Below, in pieces: positions 38,303 through 48,086 of a stretch of 64,000 bases of DNA. How positions within the stretch are numbered: the stretch's first letter is position 1; each line of letters opens with the position of its first letter. Where the stretch lies: positions 640,001 through 704,000 of the forward strand of contig CM000435.1 in NCBI GenBank assembly GCA_000165345.1. The letters run 5' to 3'. The notes beneath the pieces are model-generated. The model searched no databases. It saw only the letters and a program-made list of their open reading frames with translations, and had not been told where the DNA came from. A program made the position numbers and the translations under genes.

Positions 38303-40780
38303 TCAAATAATTGAATGAACAAGGGTATAAATTAAAGGCTCAGTCTGACTATTCTTTCTTAGGTGTGAGAAAATTTCCATAAATTGGTTGTTAACAGGAT
38401 TGCCTTTTACAGTGGAAAAATAGTCGACAATGTTATTGTCGGCAGTGCCATCTTCATCTATGAAGAAATCAGTGAGGACTATATTTGAAGAAATTGAGGA
38501 ATTTGAAATGATTGCTTCTATTTTCAGAATTATAATTAAGTGAAAGTTTGGGGATTCTTTGGATAAGCTGAGCAGTTCTTCCTTAAGGCGATAAGCGTTG
38601 ATTGAGCTCAAAAAATTTGGAGATAAAGTCTCTATTTCTTTGTATATTTGAGATATAAATTCTTCGGAACTTTTATATTCACAGTTGCTTATGGTTTTTG
38701 ACTTGCCAATAGCTGTATTACGAAAATTAAGTCCTGAAAGAATATTATTACAGTTGGATTTTGAATGATTATTAACAAGAGCAAAATTTTCAAGACTTAA
38801 GTTTTGTTCTGTAGAAATATAGCCTGATAACCCTCCGTCAAAATTTAATAGTTTCTCGCAATTAAATGATTGTTGTGTTCCGAAATCTACCTGATTAGAC
38901 TTATTTTCAATATCCTCATGAATATTAGTTGATTTTTGTATTAATACGTCCGCACTCAACTTCCAATTAAATAATGAGGAATGATTAATGTTTTGAAATA
39001 TTTGATATATTACTGAGTGCAGGATTCCCGGAATTTTCTTATTACGGTCTTTAATTCCTTGTCTATCATTATATTCGCTGATTCCATCGCAGATTGAGAC
39101 TATCCTGGCATCATTTGTGCCCCAGAAAGTTTGTCTTGAAGCTGCGGAATTTGATCCAACATTAGTAATAAAAATAGAGGAAATTTCAGAAATAGGGCTA
39201 TTATTGCTTTTTGATTTATCATGCAAATCACTCTTCTCACTAAAAACTAGTTTAATATTATTGAATAAATCATTAATTAAAAGCAAAATGTCCATTTCAA
39301 CTTCCTTTTGTTCGTTAATATCAACCAAGTAATACTTACTTTTCTCAACACAATTATTTAACGAGCTCATCTCAAATGGATTTTTTTCTGTTTCGGAGTC
39401 AATTTTTGAATATATTAATGATTGCCTTCTAATAATATTGTTTTTATAATGAATTTTTGGTTGGTAGCATGTACTCGACTGCGGCTCGTCGATTTTATCA
39501 ATAATATTTGAAATTTGTTTATCAATTATAGATAGATCAGTCAATAATAATGTTGAAGGCCTCTTGGTATCATCAAACTCGATTATCTTATCAAATCTAA
39601 TAGTTTCCTTGCCAATACTAAACTGAAACTTTTTAATATCAATTTTTAGTTTTACTTCATTTCCCACAAATCGATTTTTTTGAGAAATTGACTGATGGAT
39701 ATCCTTATTCTCAGTTTTATCTACAGCTATAGTTTTTTTTCCGCATGAAGGAATAGAAATATGAACTTTTGACAACTGTGGTATTTCAGATGAATATGTT
39801 CTACAAATAAACTTTGGATTTTTTGTAAGCTTATGCAGCCTAAATTGGAGTTGATTGATCAGTAATTTGTCATTTTGCAATAGTTTTTCTAAATTTAAAG
39901 AGTATTCAATAGATTTGTTGAATGGAACTTTTAAGTTTTGAAATATTAACTCTCCGTCATCCTTCTCTAACTCGTAAAATTCAATTGACTTTTCGCATTC
40001 CAAAATTTCTTTAGATATTAATTTAATTGTTTGTTCAATATCAACATTTTGTAGTTTAAAATCATCAATCGAACTTTTAATATAGTCCAAATCTTTCAAG
40101 TTATATAAATTACATTCCATTTTACTAATTTGGTTTTCCAGATTTATTATTTCGCATTTTAATGTTTTCTCAAACTCCTGTATTAGCTCAATTTCTTTAA
40201 AATATATAGAGTTGTTCTCATCGAGGTATTCCAGCTGGAGTTTAAGCTCAGATTCAATTAACTCGCTAAGTAGCAATTCTTGGCTAAGCTTGTTTTCTGC
40301 GGATTCTAATTTCAACTTGGTTTTTTCAAGTCTCAACTCTCTTTCTTTTATCAAACTTTGTTGTCTAATACTTAAACATTTACTTACATTATCTCTTTCG
40401 CTTTTAATATTTTGATTCGAAAGACTTGAGTTTTGAATTAAAGTATTTTTAGATATATTTTTAAGGTTAACTTGGCTACTTGATGATACTTTTTTTGTAA
40501 CAGTCTTTGAAGATTGCTTGATTTCTGTTTTAGTATTTTTACTTTGAACCTTATCTGATAAATATGCAACTCTTGGTACTCTGAAATTCATAGAACTTTG
40601 AGAATTAGCTTTACTTCTCAAAAGATTGTTCTCTTTGTTCTCATTCTTTAAAGATTTTGCTGGATTTAGTTTTTGCTTACTATCACTCAAATTATTTATG
40701 TCTGTTTTTATTTGGCTAGAAATTGTAGATGGTTTTTTCAAATTTGTAGGCCGAATCAAACACGGGATTTTAGATGACAT
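38303..40780 (-). CDS. coiled-coil protein with C-terminal degenerate kinesin-14-like motor-homology region (possible pseudo-kinesin)
   Basis: ATG at 40780. The N-terminal ~300 aa are heptad-rich (LKLESAENKLSQELLLSELIESELKLQLEYL...). The C-terminal region has kinesin-14-like landmarks: KFICRTYS (compare IRVFCRIRP), RFDKIIEFD (compare FSFDQVF) and YYLVDINEQKE (compare LNLVDLAGSE). It has no P-loop GQTGSGKT. Confidence 0.5.
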   Translation of the reverse strand: MSSKIPCLIRPTNLKKPSTISSQIKTDINNLSDSKQKLNPAKSLKNENKENNLLRSKANSQSSMNFRVPRVAYLSDKVQSKNTKTEIKQSSKTVTKKVSSSSQVNLKNISKNTLIQNSSLSNQNIKSERDNVSKCLSIRQQSLIKERELRLEKTKLKLESAENKLSQELLLSELIESELKLQLEYLDENNSIYFKEIELIQEFEKTLKCEIINLENQISKMECNLYNLKDLDYIKSSIDDFKLQNVDIEQTIKLISKEILECEKSIEFYELEKDDGELIFQNLKVPFNKSIEYSLNLEKLLQNDKLLINQLQFRLHKLTKNPKFICRTYSSEIPQLSKVHISIPSCGKKTIAVDKTENKDIHQSISQKNRFVGNEVKLKIDIKKFQFSIGKETIRFDKIIEFDDTKRPSTLLLTDLSIIDKQISNIIDKIDEPQSSTCYQPKIHYKNNIIRRQSLIYSKIDSETEKNPFEMSSLNNCVEKSKYYLVDINEQKEVEMDILLLINDLFNNIKLVFSEKSDLHDKSKSNNSPISEISSIFITNVGSNSAASRQTFWGTNDARIVSICDGISEYNDRQGIKDRNKKIPGILHSVIYQIFQNINHSSLFNWKLSADVLIQKSTNIHEDIENKSNQVDFGTQQSFNCEKLLNFDGGLSGYISTEQNLSLENFALVNNHSKSNCNNILSGLNFRNTAIGKSKTISNCEYKSSEEFISQIYKEIETLSPNFLSSINAYRLKEELLSLSKESPNFHLIIILKIEAIISNSSISSNIVLTDFFIDEDGTADNNIVDYFSTVKGNPVNNQFMEIFSHLRKNSQTEPLIYTLVHSII

Positions 40781-41096
40781 TCTTCAGAAAATAATTATTA
40801 AGAGTTTGATTGAATATAGGTAAATATTCTATTAAAAAACATAATTTCATTTAACTTATCAAATCTAAATTTTACTCATCAAAGGGGGGGACAAAATTTT
40901 CATTTTTTTCCGGCATAATCTTTTAATAACCATGTCTAAAATAAATTCATTTCATTAATTGATACAATAAATTGGCTTAATATAATTAGAGGGATAATTA
41001 GAATTTAGGCAAACGAATTATGCGTAAAATGAGTACAGTAATCAAAAATTACTCTTGATCAATCTAACGAGCTTTAAAGCTAGTAAATAAAGCTTA

Positions 41097-41130
<34 letters not shown>

Positions 41131-41593
41131 CAGTTTAATACATCCGAAGAGCATTTATAATATAAACATTTTTTATCTGCCCATTAATCTCACACTTAAG
41201 AAGACTAGACATAAATTTATTTCACCCTTTTTTTATTTATTAAACCCAAGTCATAATTGATTAAATTGTTTTGCTATGTATAAATCATTCTTTCTTTGAA
41301 CATAAGTTTTGTTTTTGATAAAGTACTTTATTTGTTTTCGATTTTTTCCATATTTTATTAAATTTAAATAATAATTTTCATAGTTGATTAATCTACTTTT
41401 TTTGTATTGAAATATACATAGCGTTCATTATTGTTCACACATCGATTCCTCGAGAGAAAAATATTATGTCATAAATGGATGCTTATATCTAGAGTAGTAT
41501 TCATACATTAAATTCACTTAAACGTATAAATGGATCAAATGACCCATATTAAAGACTTACGGATCTTGGTGTTTTTTTAATTTAGAACAAAAA

Positions 41594-44500
41594 ATGAGAG
41601 AAATTGCCTTAAATAATATTGAATTAGAAAGACGGCCAAATTGGTGGAGAGGAAGTGAATCTGAAAATATTTTGGACCCATACTTTAAGAAGCCAATTTA
41701 CTCGGGCAAATCTAAGTTTAATTTTTTCCCAAAATTTTTAAAAGACAATATGAAATGGTTTAAAAATAGAATTCCATCAAATAATACTAATGACGATTAT
41801 TCTCAACTTAATGAGTATGATAAGAAGGCTATAATAGAATTTAGCAAACAGCAAAAAATAACTCAGGGACAAGAATCTTCACGATATAAATATATTTCGC
41901 CGTATTCTGAATATCTTTTGGAAAGATTAAAATGGAAGATTGCACTTCGAATTTACTACACACTAGATCCTAATGACAAAGGATATATAGAATTAGAACA
42001 TTCCAAGAAATTATTATTTGAAATGCTGAAGGTCGACACGGAAAAGGCACAAACACTCCTTTTGTTACTTGAAACTATTAAACCTTTCTATGCAAAGGAT
42101 GGATGCGTTGAAAAAAATGATATAATTATTTACTTGGCGAGGGAAATTTTCGATGACACAAGAGGGTATGGGCTTTTTTCAAAACTGAACAACATATTTA
42201 AAAATCCAATTAGTAGATCAAAAAAGCGGAATAATGATTGCTTTATCAATGGTTTTCAAGATGTTTATATGCCAAATAAAAAGCAAATATGTTTTTCTTC
42301 TGATCCAAACGCGATAAAGTTAAATGAAACAAATGTTAAGCAAAGTAATTCAAAAGACACAAATTATAATTGTACTTATTGTCAAAACAAAAATAAAGCT
42401 TGTATAACGTGCAAAATGAAAAAAAATTGCACTGGAAAATTAAGAGATCACATAAAGATCAGTGAAGATAGAAAAAGAAAGTTGATTGAGCGAATTAAAG
42501 AAGAAAAAAAAGAAATTAATGACAAAAATATGCTAGAATGCACATTTAAACCAGAAATTTTATGGCCAATTGGGAAATTTATAAATAAAAATAACAAAAG
42601 TTGGTTAAAGAACAAGAAGAATTTGAAAGGATCAAAGCTACCTCAAGAAAAAAAAAATGAAATATGCGGATATGAAATAATTAATGAGCAGAATATAGAA
42701 GATAAAAATATTCAAGTTTTTTTAAATCAAGGTTACTATTTTGATTCACTTAATAATTGGAATGGATATATACATGATAGTATTACAAATCAAGTTTATG
42801 TTATACATAAGGGATATTTTATGGATGATCACAATGTAGACAAAAATGAAATTTTCTATAGAAAAACAGACAAGGAGGAACAGAAGGAAATTCGGAATAA
42901 AATGCTGGATTCAATCATGAGGAAAATAAATATCGAGTTTCAAACTCTAGAAAATAATGAAAATGGCAATGAGAAAAAAAAATCATTAAATTTTGGAACA
43001 AAGAAATTAGTAGATAAACTTAGAGCTGAAAGAGAAACTGGAACTAATGACCCAAGATTAAATACACCAGAATTTACAATAGAAGTTAATCATCCTGAGT
43101 TCGTTGAGAAAATTGTTGATTTTAGTGAAATTAAGCCTTACAAAAATGTAACAAATCATGAAGATTCTGAAATCAAGAGAGAATATTCAACAAGCCCTTG
43201 TTATTATTATCTTCCAAGAGGATACGAAAGAATAGGTAATTGTTTTAATGAAATCCGGTTTAGGAGAAAACTTGATTTTTTAAAAGATAGTGTACGAGAT
43301 AACCGAAACATTGATACAAATAATAGTTCAAATCTGAAGGTGAAATCAAATTCATTTATAAACAAAGAATTTAATACGAAGAACAGTTCTTTATGTTTAG
43401 ATGAAAAGCCAGCTGGCTTAATCGAAGATACAAAAATGTCGAAAATTTTTAATAAATCAGCAAAAATTGATCCATCATCTCTAAAAGATTTAAATAAAAT
43501 TGTTGGTGCTGGCCAAAGTAAAAATGTTCAAGTTGAAAGTTTAGGAGGGTTAAAAAAAAATAATGGTTTAGATCAACACTTGCTCCTTAAAAGCCCATCA
43601 AAAAATGAGACGAACATAATTGGTTCTCATGTAAATGATGAAAGCGATTTTCAAAAAGGAAGTATTTTAGCTACCAAATTTAAGAAAGAATTAGAAGCTT
43701 CAATTAAAACAAAGAATAGTTTAAAAGTTTCATCAAAGATTGATTCCTCAATACATCTAATAAAAAAAGAAGCTGATACTTCAATTCAAACAAAGAGTAA
43801 CCTTAAAATTCCTCCAATAAAGAAAGAAGCTGATACTTCAATTCAAACAAAGAGCAAACTTAAAATTCCTCCAAAGAAAGATTTGTCAACACCTCCAGTA
43901 AAGAAAGAAGCTGATACTTCAATTCAAACAAAGAGCAACCTTAAAATTCCTCCAAAGAAAGATTTTTCAACACCTCCAATAAAGAAAGAAGCTGATACTT
44001 CAATTCAAACAAAGAGTAACATAAGAATTCCTCCAAAGAAAGATTTTTCAACACCTCCAATAAAGAAAGAAGCTGATACTTCAATTCAAACAAAGAGTAA
44101 CCTTAAAATTCCTCCAGTAAAGAAAGAAGCTGATACTTCAATTCAAACAAAGAGCAACCTTAAAGTTCCTCCAAAGAAAGATTTTTCAACACCTCCAATA
44201 AAGAAAGAAGCTGATACTTTAATTCAAACAAAGAAAAGCCTTGTTATTCCACCAAAGAAAGATTCCTCAGTACCTGTAATGAGCAAAGAAGCTGATACTC
44301 CAATCCCAATAAAGAATAATTTAAAAATTCCATCAAAAATAAATCCTTCGATGCCTCCAATAAAGAGAGTAGTTGTTACTTCGACTCAAGCAATGAACTG
44401 CCTTAAAATTCCACAAATGGAAGCAGCATCAGTACCTCCAATTAAGAAAGAAGTTGATACTTCAATTCAAACAAAAAAAAGCCTTATTATTCCACCAAAG

Positions 44501-45421
44501 AAAGATGCCTCAGTACCTGTAATGAACAAAGAAGCTGATACTTCAATTCAAACAAAGAGCAACCTTAAAATTCCTCCAAAGAAAGATTTGTCAACACCTC
44601 CAGTAAAGAAGGAAGCTGATACTTCAATTCAAACAAAGAGTAACCTTAAAATTCCTCCAAAGAAAGATTTTTCAACACCTCCAGTAAAGAAGGAAACTGA
44701 TACTTCAATTCAAACAAAGAGCAACCTTAAAATTCCTCCAAAGAAAGATTTTTCAACACCTCCAGTAAAGAAGGAAGCTGATACTTCAATTCAAACAAAG
44801 AGCAACCTTAAAATTCCTCCAAAGAAAGATTTTTCAACACCTCCAGTAAAGAAGGAAGCTGATACTTCAATTCAAACAAAGAGCAACCTTAAAATTCCTC
44901 CAAAGAAAGATTTTTCAACACCTCCAGTAAAGAAGGAAGCTGATACTTCAATTCAAACTAAGAGTAACCTTAAAATTCCTCCAAAGAAAGATTTTTCAAC
45001 ACCTCCAATAAAGAAAGAAGCTGATACTTCAATTCAAACAAAGAGCAACCTTAAAATTCCTCCAAAGAAAGATTTTTCAACACCTCCAGTAAATAAGGAA
45101 GCTGATACTTCAATTCAAACAAAGAGTAACCTTAAAATTCCACCAAAGAAAGATTTTTCAACACCTCCAATAAAGAAAGAAGCTGATACTTCAATTCAAA
45201 CAAAGAGTAACCTTAAAATTCCTCCAAAGAAAGATTTTTCAACACCTCCAGTAAAGAAAGAAGCTGATACTTCGATTCAAACAAAGAGTAACATAAGAAT
45301 TCCTCCAAAGAAAGATTTTTCAACACCTCCAATAAAGAAAGAAGCTGATACTTCAATTCAAACAAAGAGTAACCTTAAAATTCCACCAAAGAAAAATGGT
45401 TTAGTAACATCATTAAATTAG
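41594..45421 (+). CDS. K/P/T/S-rich protein with a Cys-rich N-terminal region and ~20 tandem 27-aa repeats (KKEADTSIQTKSNLKIPPKKDFSTPPV)
   Basis: ATG at 41594. The N-terminal 700 aa are non-repetitive and include CTYCQNKNKACITCKMKKNC. The C-terminal half is almost entirely the 27-aa unit, encoded by 81-bp DNA repeats. Stop at 45419-45421. Confidence 0.6.
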   Translation: MREIALNNIELERRPNWWRGSESENILDPYFKKPIYSGKSKFNFFPKFLKDNMKWFKNRIPSNNTNDDYSQLNEYDKKAIIEFSKQQKITQGQESSRYKYISPYSEYLLERLKWKIALRIYYTLDPNDKGYIELEHSKKLLFEMLKVDTEKAQTLLLLLETIKPFYAKDGCVEKNDIIIYLAREIFDDTRGYGLFSKLNNIFKNPISRSKKRNNDCFINGFQDVYMPNKKQICFSSDPNAIKLNETNVKQSNSKDTNYNCTYCQNKNKACITCKMKKNCTGKLRDHIKISEDRKRKLIERIKEEKKEINDKNMLECTFKPEILWPIGKFINKNNKSWLKNKKNLKGSKLPQEKKNEICGYEIINEQNIEDKNIQVFLNQGYYFDSLNNWNGYIHDSITNQVYVIHKGYFMDDHNVDKNEIFYRKTDKEEQKEIRNKMLDSIMRKINIEFQTLENNENGNEKKKSLNFGTKKLVDKLRAERETGTNDPRLNTPEFTIEVNHPEFVEKIVDFSEIKPYKNVTNHEDSEIKREYSTSPCYYYLPRGYERIGNCFNEIRFRRKLDFLKDSVRDNRNIDTNNSSNLKVKSNSFINKEFNTKNSSLCLDEKPAGLIEDTKMSKIFNKSAKIDPSSLKDLNKIVGAGQSKNVQVESLGGLKKNNGLDQHLLLKSPSKNETNIIGSHVNDESDFQKGSILATKFKKELEASIKTKNSLKVSSKIDSSIHLIKKEADTSIQTKSNLKIPPIKKEADTSIQTKSKLKIPPKKDLSTPPVKKEADTSIQTKSNLKIPPKKDFSTPPIKKEADTSIQTKSNIRIPPKKDFSTPPIKKEADTSIQTKSNLKIPPVKKEADTSIQTKSNLKVPPKKDFSTPPIKKEADTLIQTKKSLVIPPKKDSSVPVMSKEADTPIPIKNNLKIPSKINPSMPPIKRVVVTSTQAMNCLKIPQMEAASVPPIKKEVDTSIQTKKSLIIPPKKDASVPVMNKEADTSIQTKSNLKIPPKKDLSTPPVKKEADTSIQTKSNLKIPPKKDFSTPPVKKETDTSIQTKSNLKIPPKKDFSTPPVKKEADTSIQTKSNLKIPPKKDFSTPPVKKEADTSIQTKSNLKIPPKKDFSTPPVKKEADTSIQTKSNLKIPPKKDFSTPPIKKEADTSIQTKSNLKIPPKKDFSTPPVNKEADTSIQTKSNLKIPPKKDFSTPPIKKEADTSIQTKSNLKIPPKKDFSTPPVKKEADTSIQTKSNIRIPPKKDFSTPPIKKEADTSIQTKSNLKIPPKKNGLVTSLN
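43766..45400 (+). repeat. tandem array of ~20 copies of an 81-bp unit (some 54-bp half units), in-frame and coding
   Basis: Unit aagaaagaagctgatacttcaattcaaacaaagagcaaccttaaaattcctccaaagaaagatttttcaacacctccagta repeats head-to-tail. Copies at both ends of the array are near-identical; central copies (about 44200-44520) are diverged (KKEADTLIQTKKSLVIPPKKDSSVPVMS..., IKRVVVTSTQAMNCLKIPQMEAASVPP). Confidence 0.9.
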
Positions 45422-46314
45422 GAGGCTAGTAGTCAATTCCCAGGCAGAAATAACATAAAAGTTCACAATAAATTAGCTCAATAATAGATTAAGATAGGAC
45501 ATTAATTACCAATTAAACAATTTTAGACATAAAAACTATTTCTTGAAAATAATTTGGATAATATTTATTGGAATTAGCTTGAATAAAAGTTCGAAAAAAA
45601 TTCAAATATTAATTTCAGAGTAATAACTAGTTAACAATGACTAAAAATAAAGAATTTATTTTTGGGTTTAAAATAATAAATTTATTACCTTTTAGCTTTC
45701 TCGAGGAATGATAATATGTCTTGAAGATCATTACATTAATTCTAAGACGATTATTTCAAACTCAAGAATATTAAGCAAAGGAGACAATGACCACTTTAAT
45801 TGAAAGAATAAAACATATTCAATAGGTAGTTTAATAATTTCCTTTATAGTTAAATCGTAAAAAAATCAATATAATAACGGCCAACTTACAGCGTATTAGA
45901 AATAATCATCTTGGTCTAAATCTAAGATTAAGAAAAGAAGTTGCATTAGAGAATGAATAATTGCTTAAATCATGGAGATAGGAAATAAGGATAAATTCCA
46001 TTTGAAATTGAAGAGAGCTTTTACGAGAAATCGAATTGATGCCATCATATTATTAATAAATTAAGAAATTGTAAGTAAATTTCTTGATTTTATATAAGTT
46101 TATTAAACATGTGAATAAATATGAAAATGCTATGTATTTGAATTCATTTATTTTGCCCGGGGTGATAATTAGTTTTAATAAAAATGTAAAATAAAAAAAT
46201 TTGAAAAGAACAAAAAGGAATTTTTTGCATTCTTTTATTCTTGTTCAACCTATTTAAATATTTATAATTATAGTTATTGATAAGTTCTTATTTATATTTC
46301 CAAGTTTATTAGAA

Positions 46315-46761
46315 ATGCAGGATGAATTTGTTGATCACAAGTTGGAGACGGAATTATTTTCTATTCTATCTCCTGAACTATTAAATGAAATAATGATTGA
46401 GGAATTCCCTCACATAAGACTAGGACCTTCTGTTTCACAGGTTTTAACGACTTTGACAAACGGATTTATTCAAGACGTTGTTAAGAACTCATACATAATT
46501 TCTAAACACAAAAATCACTCCGAAGTCCAAGCTGATGATATACTAGTTTATTTAAGAATGAAATACCCTGATACTAAGCTAGAAGAGTTTTGTGAAACTA
46601 TTTCACAAAGGAAAGAAGGAAGGAGCGGAGCTGGCACTTTAGAAAGTGAGGAGGGCAATGCTGTAAGTAATAGTGGATTACTATCGATTAAATTATTTAA
46701 TACAGAGAGATTTAAAAGTAATTCAAAAATAATCAACAATTTGCGGAATAGTTCAATTTAA
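46315..46761 (+). CDS. small histone-fold-like protein, possibly TAF13-like, or alternatively the 5' exon of the downstream SLBP-like gene
   Basis: 148-aa ATG ORF. DDILVYLRMKYPDTKLEEF resembles the TAF13 histone-fold segment EDIVFLIRKDPRKFARV, and the preceding VLTTLTNGFIQDVVKNSYIIS fits a helix. The similarity is modest. It lies only 82 bp upstream of the ATG-less SLBP-like ORF. Confidence 0.35.
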   Translation: MQDEFVDHKLETELFSILSPELLNEIMIEEFPHIRLGPSVSQVLTTLTNGFIQDVVKNSYIISKHKNHSEVQADDILVYLRMKYPDTKLEEFCETISQRKEGRSGAGTLESEEGNAVSNSGLLSIKLFNTERFKSNSKIINNLRNSSI

Positions 46762-46843
46762 GCCTGAAGGCAGATATAAGTTTTAACATTAAAGATAAGC
46801 GGCTCTTTTTATAATAATTACACGAAGTTTAGGAATTTTCAAA

Positions 46844-47860
46844 TTGTTATCAAAAATAGAAGAAAGAAGGATCAGCCAAAGGCTGAAGCAGATCAACATA
46901 GCAAAGAATAGCGTTGGATATCAAAGGTACACAACTGCGGTGAGAAAAAATGAAAGGAAGAGAGAGTTAAGTTTTACTTGGCATCCTTCTACCCCAGATC
47001 CATACTCAAATACAAGTAAATCATGCTTTTCAGGTAGATTAAAAGAATGGAAATTGAGATTACATCTTTGGGGAAATCTTGATGATCTAGAATATAGTAA
47101 TCTAATTCAAAACAACTTAAAATTCCCACCTGGAGCAAATTCAAACCCTTTTAGTAAAGTCAATTATTTTGAAAATATTTTAGATAATGGTAATGACAAT
47201 ACGAATGAGTCATCACTTAAGTTTATTAGGTTCTCTGAACTCAGAATCTCTCCAATTAGTTTTTCCGGACAAAATTCGTTAATCAAAACTAACAGAGGCG
47301 AACGAATTAGCAAATCAGATTCTCTAGTAAATTCGATCAAGTTGTCTAGAAAAATCTTGTTGCCAAAAGTAATGGATTGTGAGAAAAGCCATGATATTAT
47401 GAAATATATCACTCTTTTCATTCCAGATAATTACAAAGGCATGCTGATATGGAAATCAACTAATTTTATACGTCATTGTGATATTATCCTTACAGCACAC
47501 AAACACCGTCTGAAAATCTTAAAGCATGGTTTATCTCTATTCGAATTTAACAAGAGGTATAATATCGATGTTTCTGGGCTAGCACACAACTCAAACAATT
47601 TTCTGAAGGATATTCAAATTAGTATATCCGGTATTGATAGCAACTCTAATAAATTATGCAAATTAAGTGATAAGCCATATAAAAACATCTGTACTCTAAT
47701 AAGTCACCAAAAAATGATTAGTCATTTTTCAAAAAAAGTAGTTTTGACTCAAAACAAGTTATTTGGTTTCAGAGAGCAAGACGTATTCAAGCTGTCTTTT
47801 GCCTATCACCCTTCCTCTATCATTTACTACAAGATCCTAGAAAAGCTACATAAGAGTTAA
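46844..47860 (+). CDS. SLBP: stem-loop binding protein (SLBP)-like RNA-binding protein; N-terminus unresolved
   Basis: RISQRLKQINIAKNSVGYQRYTTAVRKNERKRE...WHPSTPDPYSN...FSGRLKEWKLRLHLWG aligns with the SLBP RBD [28 protein letters not shown]...[31 protein letters not shown]. The ORF opens with TTG and has no in-frame ATG until about residue 185, so the true 5' end must lie in an upstream exon. Confidence 0.7.
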   Translation: MLSKIEERRISQRLKQINIAKNSVGYQRYTTAVRKNERKRELSFTWHPSTPDPYSNTSKSCFSGRLKEWKLRLHLWGNLDDLEYSNLIQNNLKFPPGANSNPFSKVNYFENILDNGNDNTNESSLKFIRFSELRISPISFSGQNSLIKTNRGERISKSDSLVNSIKLSRKILLPKVMDCEKSHDIMKYITLFIPDNYKGMLIWKSTNFIRHCDIILTAHKHRLKILKHGLSLFEFNKRYNIDVSGLAHNSNNFLKDIQISISGIDSNSNKLCKLSDKPYKNICTLISHQKMISHFSKKVVLTQNKLFGFREQDVFKLSFAYHPSSIIYYKILEKLHKS

Positions 47861-48086
47861 TTACACCAGCACCAATTTCTGTGATAGAATATGAATAATC
47901 CTATGCTCAACGTTTCTAATAAAAAGTCATTTGCGGGAATATTTTACGAATATCACAATATGAGGAAACTAATTTACTGGGTGGGGGGACTGAGGGGATC
48001 TTCCAAAACTTCCGGAACTAAGAGTTTTATATTTTTTACACAATTTTTTGAAAATATTTCTGTTTCAATTCTCGGGGTGTTTAATA

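Noticed and set aside
46663-46668. GTAAGT donor inside the histone-fold-like ORF as the junction to the SLBP exon
   Set aside because: It falls after a complete codon (phase 0), and no phase-0 acceptor precedes the SLBP frame. Only the weaker GTGAGG donor at 46646 (phase 1) is frame-compatible with the TTTAG acceptor at 46832, so that model is reported instead, at low confidence.
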